A DNA stretch of 64,000 bases, taken from positions 79,639 through 143,638 of the forward strand of contig JBDNCJ010000001.1 of NCBI GenBank assembly GCA_046719715.1, given 5' to 3'. The DNA is from Chloroherpetonaceae bacterium (GTDB taxonomy: Bacteria; Bacteroidota; Chlorobiia; Chlorobiales; Thermochlorobacteraceae). Within the stretch, counting starts at the first letter, position 1; every line of letters begins with the position of its first letter. The position numbers and the translations under genes are program-made. Shown in pieces: positions 56,586 through 64,000 of the stretch. The notes beneath the pieces are model-generated. The model did not search any database. It was not told the DNA's origin and saw nothing but the letters and a program-made list of their open reading frames with translations.

Positions 56586-57254
56586 GTGTTGAAAGTAGCG
56601 ATTTTAGTTTTCATCGGGTTCGCCCTGAGCGAAGCGACAATCTGGGCGCAGAAAATTCCGCCCGCCTTTCGCTGTGCGCGACTCAAATACAGTGGCGGCG
56701 GCGATTGGTATAACGACCCTTCCGCCGTGCCGAACCTCATGCGTTACGTCAAAGAAAAAACAGGCATCGCCACGCCCGAAAAGGAAGAAATCGTTGAAGC
56801 ATCAAGCCCGAACATTTTTCAGTACCGATTCGTCTTCATGACCGGACACGGCAATGTGCGCTTCACCGAAGCCGAACTCGAAAATTTACGCGCCTATCTG
56901 AAATCAGGGGGATTCATTTATGTCGATGATGATTACGGAATGGATAAAAGTTTTCGTCGCGAAGTTAAACGCATCTTCAGCGGAACTGATTTAGTGGAAC
57001 TGCCGTATTCACACCCGACGTTCAACATCTTTTTCAACTTTCCGAAGGGCGCGCCGAAAACGCATGAACACGACAATCAACCGCCGCAGACCTTCGGACT
57101 TTTTCACGATAATCGGCTTGTGTTGCTTTACACTTACGAATCCAATCCAAGCGACGGCTGGGCGAATCCTGAAATTCACAACGACCCGCCCGAAAAACGC
57201 GAAGAAGCCTTTCAATTCGGAACCAACATCGTGCTCTATGCCATTACGCAGTAA
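56586..57254 (+). CDS. DUF4159 domain-containing protein
   Basis: RLKYSGGGDWYNDPSAVPNLMRYV ... FVFMTGHGNVRFTEAELENLRAYLKSGGFIYVDDDYGMD matches the DUF4159 pattern. The start is trimmed to the GTG at 56586, which gives a signal/TM segment. Confidence 0.6.
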   Translation: MLKVAILVFIGFALSEATIWAQKIPPAFRCARLKYSGGGDWYNDPSAVPNLMRYVKEKTGIATPEKEEIVEASSPNIFQYRFVFMTGHGNVRFTEAELENLRAYLKSGGFIYVDDDYGMDKSFRREVKRIFSGTDLVELPYSHPTFNIFFNFPKGAPKTHEHDNQPPQTFGLFHDNRLVLLYTYESNPSDGWANPEIHNDPPEKREEAFQFGTNIVLYAITQ

Positions 57255-57255
57255 A

Positions 57256-57870
57256 ATGCTCATTACACTTCTCCTCTCGACGATGTCGGTGGTCGCGCAA
57301 TCATTTGAAGGTGCGATTTCCTTTCACATTCAATCCGAGCAACAAAACGGCGAACTCGAACTTCTCATTTCCCAAAAAGGTATTCGCGCGGAATTTAAGG
57401 GCAAGCCTGCTTTTACAGTGCTAATGACGTGCGACGGCACCAACGCAGTTGAGCTGAACTCTAAAACCAAAACCTATCGCGAAATCGACTTGCAAGACCA
57501 GAGGCGGCTTTCAGCGTCCGTCGGAAAATTAGAAAAGTTTGAAGTCGAGAAATTTGGCAAAGAAAAAATCTTGAACGTGGCGTGCCATCACTTCAAACTT
57601 AAAAGTCCGAAACGCACGATTGAAGTCTGGGCGGCAGAGTCCCTGGTGGATTCAACTGTATTGGCGCGCGTCGGCGACGTCGGCGTGCTGATTGGCATCA
57701 GTCCCAACGCGATTGAAGCCATGCAAAAAGAAAATCTAAACGGGTTTCCGCTCAAAGTCGTCGTGACGGAAGCGGCAGGAATTGCGCGCATCGAAGTCAA
57801 ACAAATGGTGCGCAAGTCGCTTAAATCATCTTTGTTTGAGGTGCCAAAATCTTATCAAGTCGCGGAGTAA
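57256..57870 (+). CDS. secreted hypothetical protein (possibly DUF4412-like)
   Basis: The start is trimmed to MLITLLLSTMSVVAQS, a signal peptide. The protein looks beta-rich and ends ..FEVPKSYQVAE, reminiscent of DUF4412. The assignment is low confidence. Confidence 0.4.
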   Translation: MLITLLLSTMSVVAQSFEGAISFHIQSEQQNGELELLISQKGIRAEFKGKPAFTVLMTCDGTNAVELNSKTKTYREIDLQDQRRLSASVGKLEKFEVEKFGKEKILNVACHHFKLKSPKRTIEVWAAESLVDSTVLARVGDVGVLIGISPNAIEAMQKENLNGFPLKVVVTEAAGIARIEVKQMVRKSLKSSLFEVPKSYQVAE

Positions 57871-57935
57871 TTCAGGCGTAAGTGTGTTACATTTCGTTGA
57901 GAAGTATGTCGTAACTGCTCTTTGTTAGTAATTCG

Positions 57936-57969
57936 GCGGGGCGTTTCAAGGGAAACGCTCCGCTTTTTT
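57936..57969 (+). terminator. rho-independent terminator
   Basis: The 12-bp stem gcggggcgtttc / gaaacgctccgc has one G-U pair and a 4-nt loop, and a T6 run follows immediately. Confidence 0.8.
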
Positions 57970-58116
57970 ATGTCCGCTCCAAAGTTTCGTTGCCCTTGTA
58001 ACTTCCTTTGTGAGCGCGGCGTAACGCTGTGTATCACACCGATTATCAAAAACCAACGTAAGTAGCAAGATAGAATTAGCAGGATAGAGTTAAGTATGAG
58101 GTGGATAAACAGCAAT

Positions 58117-58194
58117 GTCACTCCGAGCAATGCGAGGAATCCAGTAGTTTCACGAGCATTTTGAAGGTGGATTCTTCACTTCGTTCAGAATGAC
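58117..58194. repeat. palindromic intergenic repeat element, copy B
   Basis: gtcactccgagcaatgcgaggaatcc ... ggattcttcacttcgttcagaatgac. The arms match copy A (5129-5218) except for a few transitions and a 10-nt indel, and the cores are unrelated. Confidence 0.8.
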
Positions 58195-58258
58195 GCTTTT
58201 GGTCAAACCTATACTTAATTTTGAGCGGATATTCATCAACCGTTATACCGATTCAACC

Positions 58259-59188
58259 ATGCTCAAACTCAACGCCGTTTCAAAAGTTTATGACGGGAAA
58301 GTCGCCGTCAAAAATCTTTCGCTTGACGTCAATCGCGGAGAAATTTACGGCATACTCGGACCAAACGGAGCGGGAAAAACCTCGACGATTCGCATGATTT
58401 GCGGCATCACGCTTCCCGATAGCGGCACGATTGAATTTCTTGGCGAGTCGATGCACATGGCGCTTCAATCCAAAATCGGATACTTGCCCGAAGAGCGCGG
58501 CTTGTATAAGAAAATGAAAGTCGGTGAATTGCTCGTCTATTTTGCCGAACTCAAAGGCGTGCCGAAAGCCGAGGCAAAAGAAAAATCGGCGATGTGGCTC
58601 AAGCGATTTGAAATCGAGACTTGGTCGGAAAAAAAGGTTGAAGAACTTTCCAAAGGCATGCAACAAAAAGTGCAGTTCATTTCCGTCGTGCTGCACGAGC
58701 CTGAACTTCTCATTTTGGACGAGCCGTTTTCAGGATTAGACCCGATTAATTCGGAACTGGTGATGGATATTATTCTCGAGCTGAAAAAAGCAGGAAAGAC
58801 CATTCTCTTCTCAACACACCGCATGGAACAAGTGGAAAAAATTTGCGACTCAATTTGCCTGATTAACAGCGGCGAAAAAGTTTTGGACGGCAACGTGCGC
58901 GAGGTGAAAAAATCTTACGGCAAAAACATGCTTCACGTGGCATTTGACGGCAGCGACGCATTCATCGACATCGCAACATCGATGGGCAAAGTCGACGTGC
59001 GCGACCGACAGCCGAAGTATGCGGAGCTCAAACTTTTAGGCGATACGAAGCCAAAAGATATTCTCGCGCTCATCGGAGACGAGACCGACCTGACGCGCTT
59101 CGAGCTTGCCGAACCGTCGCTCAAAGAAATTTTCATTCTGCGCGTTGGCGAAACGAATCAAGGGGCGAAATTGAGCGCAACTGCGTAA
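58259..59188 (+). CDS. ABC transporter ATP-binding protein (ABC-2/NatA-like, with a DUF4162-type C-terminal domain)
   Basis: The start is trimmed to MLKLNAVSKVYDG. It has Walker A GPNGAGKTS, signature LSKGMQQKV and Walker B LLILDEPFSGLD. No permease gene is adjacent. Confidence 0.9.
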   Translation: MLKLNAVSKVYDGKVAVKNLSLDVNRGEIYGILGPNGAGKTSTIRMICGITLPDSGTIEFLGESMHMALQSKIGYLPEERGLYKKMKVGELLVYFAELKGVPKAEAKEKSAMWLKRFEIETWSEKKVEELSKGMQQKVQFISVVLHEPELLILDEPFSGLDPINSELVMDIILELKKAGKTILFSTHRMEQVEKICDSICLINSGEKVLDGNVREVKKSYGKNMLHVAFDGSDAFIDIATSMGKVDVRDRQPKYAELKLLGDTKPKDILALIGDETDLTRFELAEPSLKEIFILRVGETNQGAKLSATA

Positions 59189-59230
59189 AGCGATTGTTGT
59201 ATATTCGCGTTTCAATCGCTTGAACCCTTT

Positions 59231-60202
59231 GTGAAAAACCGCGCACGAATGAGTCGCCGACTGCTTCTTTTCATTACTCTGCATGTTTTTCTTACCTCAA
59301 ACGCTCCTGCACAAGAGCGTGCATTTTGGTCGGTCAAACCGCTTCAACCTCAAAAATCAGTGTATTGGGTTACGACGTCATACTTTGAGGCGTCAGAAGA
59401 ATTTGCAAGCGCAGGATTTCGTCGCGACCTCTTCCGCGTGGCGACGACCGACGAAACGTCCTTCCCTGTTACCGATGCACGCTTTATTGACCGGTTGATT
59501 GGGCTTCACTACGAATATGGCTATTCGCGCAAACTCACGCTTGTTGGCTACTTGGGTTATCGCGGCATTGCCACTTCCTACACGGAAACTGATTTCCCGC
59601 AAGGTATTCCGACATTTCTTGCAAAAAATATCACTTCGTCGGGCTTCACCGACCTTTGGATTTGGGGGCGTTATGAACTCTTGAATCCCGCGCAACTCAA
59701 ATTTCCGTTTCGGCTTGCGACGCAACTCGGCGTAAAGTTGCCGACGGGAGATATTCTCGCGCCCGTCGCGCTCGGCACGGGAATGTTGGATTACGACGCG
59801 CGCATGCTCGGCGAATTGACGTTTTTCCTCAACCGTATTCCTGGGTATTTGCTCTTCGATACGGGCTACCGTTTGCGCGGCGGCGACTACAAAAATCAAG
59901 CATTGTATCGGGTAGAGTTGGGCATCTCTGCCGCAGAAGAAGTGCAGTTTCGCATCGGTATTTCGGGGATTGCCTCGCTGGGCGAATTAAGCACGCTCAT
60001 TGGAATCGGCGAAATTCCGCGCCCTGCCGCAACGCGCCCGCTCAACATCTTGGGCGACGAGCGTTATGGACAACTCATACTCGGATTGCAAGCCAATTTT
60101 TCTCCAACCTTCTCCGTCTTGGTTGAGTATCAACGGCGGCTCTACGGAAATGCGACGTTCGTTGGGGATTCCATTCATCTTGCTTTTGCCTTTTTGAGGT
60201 AG
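59231..60202 (+). CDS. putative outer-membrane beta-barrel protein (MetA-pathway/transporter-like family?)
   Basis: It has a signal peptide (LLLFITLHVFLTSNAPAQE), alternating beta-strand-like segments and the segment LGVKLPTGD. The start is the GTG at 59231 or the ATG at 59249. The family call is tentative. Confidence 0.4.
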   Translation: MKNRARMSRRLLLFITLHVFLTSNAPAQERAFWSVKPLQPQKSVYWVTTSYFEASEEFASAGFRRDLFRVATTDETSFPVTDARFIDRLIGLHYEYGYSRKLTLVGYLGYRGIATSYTETDFPQGIPTFLAKNITSSGFTDLWIWGRYELLNPAQLKFPFRLATQLGVKLPTGDILAPVALGTGMLDYDARMLGELTFFLNRIPGYLLFDTGYRLRGGDYKNQALYRVELGISAAEEVQFRIGISGIASLGELSTLIGIGEIPRPAATRPLNILGDERYGQLILGLQANFSPTFSVLVEYQRRLYGNATFVGDSIHLAFAFLR

Positions 60203-60258
60203 CCCGGTTGAAAAATTTGCGAAAACCCGCCGAATCTGTAAATCATACCAAATAAAAA

Positions 60259-60281
60259 AGGGCGGATTGAAACGCCGCCCT
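60259..60281. terminator. bidirectional terminator hairpin between convergent genes
   Basis: The stem is agggcgg / ccgccct with a 9-nt loop. An A-run on the upstream side provides a U-run for the minus-strand transcript. Confidence 0.5.
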
Positions 60282-60303
60282 AAGTGATGACATCGGTCAA
60301 TGT

Positions 60304-60528
60304 TCAGTTGTCAGTCGCCATCACATCGTCGTAGCCAGCGGTTCGGACTGTATCGGGAACGCGCTTGCCGCCGCTGATTGTCGTTTTTTTGACTGTTGTT
60401 TTTGGCTTTTCCAGCACAGTGCCCATGTCGGTGTCGCGCACAGTGTCACTGCCAGCGGTTCGAACCGTATCGGGCATGTTGCGCACTTCGGTGCGATTTT
60501 TTTCGTTTGATGCTTGTTCGTTTGCCAT
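60304..60528 (-). CDS. small hydrophilic protein with an internal duplicated motif PDTVRTAG(S/Y)D
   Basis: 74 aa with no signal peptide. The two 24-nt motif copies (60334-60357 and 60451-60474) differ only at two third-codon positions (ACG/ACA and GTT/GTC), which argues for real coding under purifying selection. An AAAGGAAAAA SD-like sequence and a TAATTTTG box lie upstream. Confidence 0.6.
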   Translation of the reverse strand: MANEQASNEKNRTEVRNMPDTVRTAGSDTVRDTDMGTVLEKPKTTVKKTTISGGKRVPDTVRTAGYDDVMATDN

Positions 60529-60616
60529 TTTTTCCTTTCAGCATTTTGACCACATACTTCAGTCGGTTTTCAAAATTACTTCCAAGTTCTTCAACGAAAC
60601 GCGCTTGGCAAACGTT

Positions 60617-62404
60617 TTATTTGAGCAACATCATTTTTTTTGTTTGAACAAACCGCTCGCCGCTGATTGCATTGGCTTCTAATCGATAAAAATACACTCC
60701 TGACGAAAGGGTGCGTGGTGCAACATTAAACAAATACGTGTGTGTTCCTGAAGCCTGTTTGGTGTCGAGAAGCGTCGCGATTTTTCTGCCTAAAACATCA
60801 AAGAGTTCGAGCCGAACTGCGCTTGCGCTTGGAAGGGTGTAAGTGATAATAGTTGTTGGATTAAATGGATTCGGATAGTTCTGCGCAAGCATAAACGCTT
60901 TTGGTTCGTTGGAAGGTTGAGGTGCGGCAAGTGAAGGCTGAATGGTGAACTTCCACGCGCCGCCTTGTTCGGCAGTGAGCGGCTTTGTGAGGCGTTTATT
61001 GCGGTTTGTCGTGGCGGCGATGTAATAAAAAATCGTTTGCGCAGTATGAGTTCGTGCGCTCGGCAGTGCAATTTCAGCGCGGAAGGAATCCGCACCGATG
61101 GCTTGCATTCGAACGCTTTGAAAGCCTTGTGCTGTATCGGTCGTCCAAAATACTTCTGCACGCGCAATGCCGCTTCGTGAAGTAATTTTTGCAAGCACTT
61201 CATGCGATGCGCTGTCGGGGGAATCGAGCAAGCGTTTATGTGCAATGACAATCGGCTCATCATCCGCAATTTCTTTGGTGATGCAGTGAATTGCGCCCGA
61301 TTGCGGAATAATTTGATTGCAATTTACGCCCACAATCGTGTAGCCGGGCATGGCTTCTCGATAGATGCGAAGTGCAGTTGTATCGTAGCGTTCTTCGTAG
61401 GTTGGCACAATGACGGTCTTGTTGATGATGAGCGAATTGGTGTAAGTGCGATAATATCCACCTTGATTGGGATAGCGTCCGAATTGGTCAGGCGGCATGG
61501 GAATCCGCACTACACGATACGGACGATTGTAGCACGTTTGAAAGTTGTTCAAGACATATTGCAAGTTGGCTTCAATCTGCGGACCATCAGAGACGCCTTG
61601 CGGATATTCGCCGACCAAGAGCGTTTCTTCATCGAGCAGTTTCATGTGCATATCAATATGATGAATCAGGTCGTAGGGTAGATTGGGCATTTTGATGTAT
61701 CGGCGAATGCCCATGAAGCGATGCATGAGCGTGTCGATTTGCGCTTCGGTCTTGGTTGGATTTTCATCGAGAACAAGATGCGACGAAAACCCTGTGCCGA
61801 ACCCATCGGTCATGAAGTTGCCGCCGGTGTGGACTAAGTCGTTAGGCGGCGTGGTCATTTGAAACAAAGGAATGTTGAGTTGGTTTGCCATTGCAACCGG
61901 CACGAGGTCGTCGTTTGGGCGCGGACGATTATAAATCCAATCGATAAAATAGAGCGTATCTACGCCGTTGGAATAGACAGACCATGGTCCATAATCTCTG
62001 CACCAAATAGAGTTTGAAGGTGCAACAATAAAGACCAAATTTTGAAGTGTGCCGCCGCCTTGCACAATAGTATTTTTGATGTTCGTTGTGTCGTTTGCAT
62101 TCGCCACGATATAGACTTTGCCTTCTTTTTGCGCGGCGATAACGATTTGTCGAAGAATGGTCGGAAAACTGCGCCAAGTAATTAAAACGCCTTTGCATGC
62201 TTCCCACTCTGCCGCTGTGCGCATGGGCGAAGTTGGCACGCTTGTTATGCCGTCTGCGGAAACTGGCGGCGTATAAAATCGCATCATCTCGCGCTCTTTG
62301 GGCGTCAAGAAGTGAGGCAGTTCTGTCGTATCGCGCTCTTGTGCCATCGCACCAAACGGCAACAGCATTGCCGACATCAACAAGATTTTCGCAAGTCGCT
62401 TCAT
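60617..62404 (-). CDS. agmatine deiminase / Porphyromonas-type peptidyl-arginine deiminase family enzyme with a T9SS C-terminal sorting domain
   Basis: It has a signal peptide (MKRLAKILLMSAMLLPFGAMAQE). The catalytic-domain motifs are IWCRDYGPW, HTGGNFMTDG, HIDMHMKLLDEETLLV and GAIHCITKE, the last containing the catalytic Cys. The C-terminus LAQNYPNPFNPTTIITYTLP...SGVYFYRLEA...TKKMMLLK is a typical type A T9SS CTD. Confidence 0.8.
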   Translation of the reverse strand: MKRLAKILLMSAMLLPFGAMAQERDTTELPHFLTPKEREMMRFYTPPVSADGITSVPTSPMRTAAEWEACKGVLITWRSFPTILRQIVIAAQKEGKVYIVANANDTTNIKNTIVQGGGTLQNLVFIVAPSNSIWCRDYGPWSVYSNGVDTLYFIDWIYNRPRPNDDLVPVAMANQLNIPLFQMTTPPNDLVHTGGNFMTDGFGTGFSSHLVLDENPTKTEAQIDTLMHRFMGIRRYIKMPNLPYDLIHHIDMHMKLLDEETLLVGEYPQGVSDGPQIEANLQYVLNNFQTCYNRPYRVVRIPMPPDQFGRYPNQGGYYRTYTNSLIINKTVIVPTYEERYDTTALRIYREAMPGYTIVGVNCNQIIPQSGAIHCITKEIADDEPIVIAHKRLLDSPDSASHEVLAKITSRSGIARAEVFWTTDTAQGFQSVRMQAIGADSFRAEIALPSARTHTAQTIFYYIAATTNRNKRLTKPLTAEQGGAWKFTIQPSLAAPQPSNEPKAFMLAQNYPNPFNPTTIITYTLPSASAVRLELFDVLGRKIATLLDTKQASGTHTYLFNVAPRTLSSGVYFYRLEANAISGERFVQTKKMMLLK

Positions 62405-62418
62405 ACTTGGCGTCGCGT

Positions 62419-63174
62419 TTAATTGATGTTTGTTATATCAGAGGCTTGACGAATCGTACGCTCTCGCAAGGTGGCTTTCTTCTTCATTTTAATGTTAAGC
62501 ACCTCGACGAAGAGCGAGAAAGCAATCGCAAAATACATATAGCCTTTTGGCACATGCACTTCAAAGGCTTCGGCAACCAGCAAGACGCCGATAAGGAGCA
62601 AGAGCGCAAGCCCAAGCATTTTCGTTGTTGGGTGTTCATGAATGAAATCGCTGACGGGCTTTGCGAAAAGAAGCATCACAAGGGTTGAAGCAATGATGGC
62701 GATTGCCATAATCAGCACTTCCTTCGAGAGCCCAATCGCGGTGATAATTGAGTCAATCGAGAAAATGAAACTCAGCGCGACGGATTGCAGAATGACTGTG
62801 GCAAAACTCGATGCCACCTGTGCGCCGCCGCCTTCGGCACTGCCTTCAATTTTCGAGTGAATTTCCGTAACGGCTTTATACATCAAGAAAAGCCCGCCAA
62901 CCAGCATCACGACATCTTTGCCGCTTATCTCTTGGTGAAACACTGTAAAAAGCGGTGATTCCAAAGAGATGATCCAGCCGATAGCCACTAAAAGCCCTAA
63001 GCGCAATCCAAGTGCGGCAAGCAAACTCACCTGACGCGCCTTCGGCTGTGCCTCTGACGGAAGTTTGGAGACGAGAATCGAAATGAAAATGATGTTATCT
63101 ATCCCCAACACGATTTCAAGAATCGTGAGGCTAAGCAAACTGAGGAGATTTTCCGATTGAAGTAACGTGTCCAT
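62419..63174 (-). CDS. TerC-family integral membrane protein
   Basis: The start is trimmed to MDTLLQSENLLSLLSLTILEIVLGIDNIIFISILVSKLP. A second DN-type repeat follows (LSFIFSIDSIITAIGLS). This is a typical TerC/Alx-like architecture. Confidence 0.85.
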   Translation of the reverse strand: MDTLLQSENLLSLLSLTILEIVLGIDNIIFISILVSKLPSEAQPKARQVSLLAALGLRLGLLVAIGWIISLESPLFTVFHQEISGKDVVMLVGGLFLMYKAVTEIHSKIEGSAEGGGAQVASSFATVILQSVALSFIFSIDSIITAIGLSKEVLIMAIAIIASTLVMLLFAKPVSDFIHEHPTTKMLGLALLLLIGVLLVAEAFEVHVPKGYMYFAIAFSLFVEVLNIKMKKKATLRERTIRQASDITNIN

Positions 63175-63202
63175 AGTGTTGAAAAATTTGGAGTGATTAG
63201 TG

Positions 63203-64000
63203 CTACGACGTCCTGTGCCAAAGAAGCGATGAGTCGCCATAACTCAAAAAGCGATAACCGTTGTCGAGCGCGCTTTGATACACCGTGCGCCAAAAACCGT
63301 TTCCCAAGAAAGCGGCGATGAGTGAAATCAGCGTGCTTTTGGGCTGATGAAAATTGGTAATCAATCCATTAACGACTTGGAAGCGATAGTCGGGCACAAT
63401 CATTAATTGGGTTTCGCCTTGAATATGCTCTAATCCATTTGCCTTTGCCCAATCCAACAAGATATTTAACGCATCTTCAAGCGTGGGTATTTTCTCTTCT
63501 GCTGAAAGCCGATAGGCTTCCCACTGCGATACCCACAGCGTATTTCGGGAGCGGGCGTCGCTGTCGTTAGCGTAAAGTTTCGCACCAAACCAATAGAGCG
63601 ATTCGAGCGTGCGCATCGACGTTGTTCCAACGGCAACAATACAGGGCTTTGGCAATGTGGCTTGTTCGAGCAGGCGTTCAAGTGTAGAAAGCGGAACGGC
63701 GATTCGTTCAGTGTGCATCTCGTGTTCGGCAATCGTTTCGCTTTCAATCGGTTTAAATGTGCCCAGCCCAACGTGAAGCGTGAGGTCTGCGATGTGAACG
63801 TGCTTGCGATGAAGTGCGTCAAAGACGCGCTCTGTGAAGTGAAGCCCGGCGGTTGGTGCGGCGACGGAGCCTTGCGAGACGGCATAAACGGTTTGATAGC
63901 GGAAGCGATCGAGCTCTTCTGCCTCGCGCTTCAAATACGGCGGAATGGGCATGTTGCCGATGGCTTGCAAGAGTTCAGCGAATGATATATCCGCTTCCCA
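63203..64000 (-). CDS. queA: S-adenosylmethionine:tRNA ribosyltransferase-isomerase (5' end outside the window)
   Basis: The frame stays open past the track's first Met to base 64000 (..WEADISFAELLQAIGNMPIPPYLKRE). It contains YQTVYA..GSVAAPTAGLHFT and TNFHQPKSTLISLIAAF. Confidence 0.9.
   Translation of the reverse strand, partial: WEADISFAELLQAIGNMPIPPYLKREAEELDRFRYQTVYAVSQGSVAAPTAGLHFTERVFDALHRKHVHIADLTLHVGLGTFKPIESETIAEHEMHTERIAVPLSTLERLLEQATLPKPCIVAVGTTSMRTLESLYWFGAKLYANDSDARSRNTLWVSQWEAYRLSAEEKIPTLEDALNILLDWAKANGLEHIQGETQLMIVPDYRFQVVNGLITNFHQPKSTLISLIAAFLGNGFWRTVYQSALDNGYRFLSYGDSSLLWHRTS

Noticed and set aside
57855-58130. A 91-aa minus-strand ORF with a hydrophobic N-terminus in the long intergenic region
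   Set aside because: It starts inside repeat copy B and runs across a strong plus-strand rho-independent terminator (57936-57969). It has no SD. It is most likely non-coding.
63175-63202. A possible yybP-ykoY (Mn2+) riboswitch upstream of the TerC-family gene
   Set aside because: Only 28 nt separate the terC start from the queA stop, which is far too short for the roughly 100-nt riboswitch.

Overview
This 64-kb chromosomal window is mostly core genome. I infer an FCB-group bacterium of a Chlorobi/Ignavibacteriae-like lineage, but I cannot name a species. The inference rests on four things: the gene order rpsL-rpsG-fusA-tuf-rpsJ, the order xerC-hpf-hprK, a T9SS C-terminal sorting domain, and TTTG-N19/20-TAnnTTTG promoter-like boxes. 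GC content is roughly 50% by eye.

Layout:
- 1-5.6 kb: a czcCBA-type RND efflux operon on the minus strand, with a small Cys/His-rich gene at its head and a palindromic repeat inside it.
- 5.7-11.4 kb: a Pif1-like helicase, a TonB-dependent receptor, a XerC/D-type recombinase and hpf.
- 11.5-16.8 kb: a tightly packed plus-strand string of hprK, a family-5 substrate-binding protein (SBP), one DppB-type permease, ccmC-like, a DUF433/DUF5615 toxin-antitoxin (TA) pair and ccmD-like.
- 16.7-27.7 kb: a MOT1-type transporter, a large TPR-histidine kinase-receiver-LuxR fusion, mutS, two glycosyltransferases and pnp.
- 28.1-48.6 kb: the complete str/S10/spc/alpha ribosomal protein cluster, rpsL through rplQ, including secY, map, infA, rpmJ and rpoA. 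A tRNA-Gly sits between rplN and rplX.
- 48.6-64 kb: tRNA-Arg, tenA, a DoxX-like gene, GTP-PEPCK, tRNA-Cys, a fused ABC permease, mreCD, nhaA, DUF4159, an orphan ABC ATPase, an OMP-like gene, a small internally repeated protein, a T9SS-tagged agmatine/peptidyl-arginine deiminase-like enzyme, terC and partial queA.

I found no CRISPR array, no transposase or phage genes, no rRNA, and no clear multi-gene defence island. The most unusual items are:
- the tRNA-Gly cassette inside the r-protein cluster;
- the TA pair wedged between ccmC and ccmD, within an odd SBP-permease-ccmC-ccmD operon;
- the single-polypeptide TPR-HK-REC-LuxR protein;
- the small PDTVRTAG-repeat protein next to the secreted deiminase;
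- a two-copy palindromic repeat family;
- a recurring habit of 12-15 bp tandem duplications in intergenic spacers.

All functional calls come from motif recognition by eye. No database search was run.
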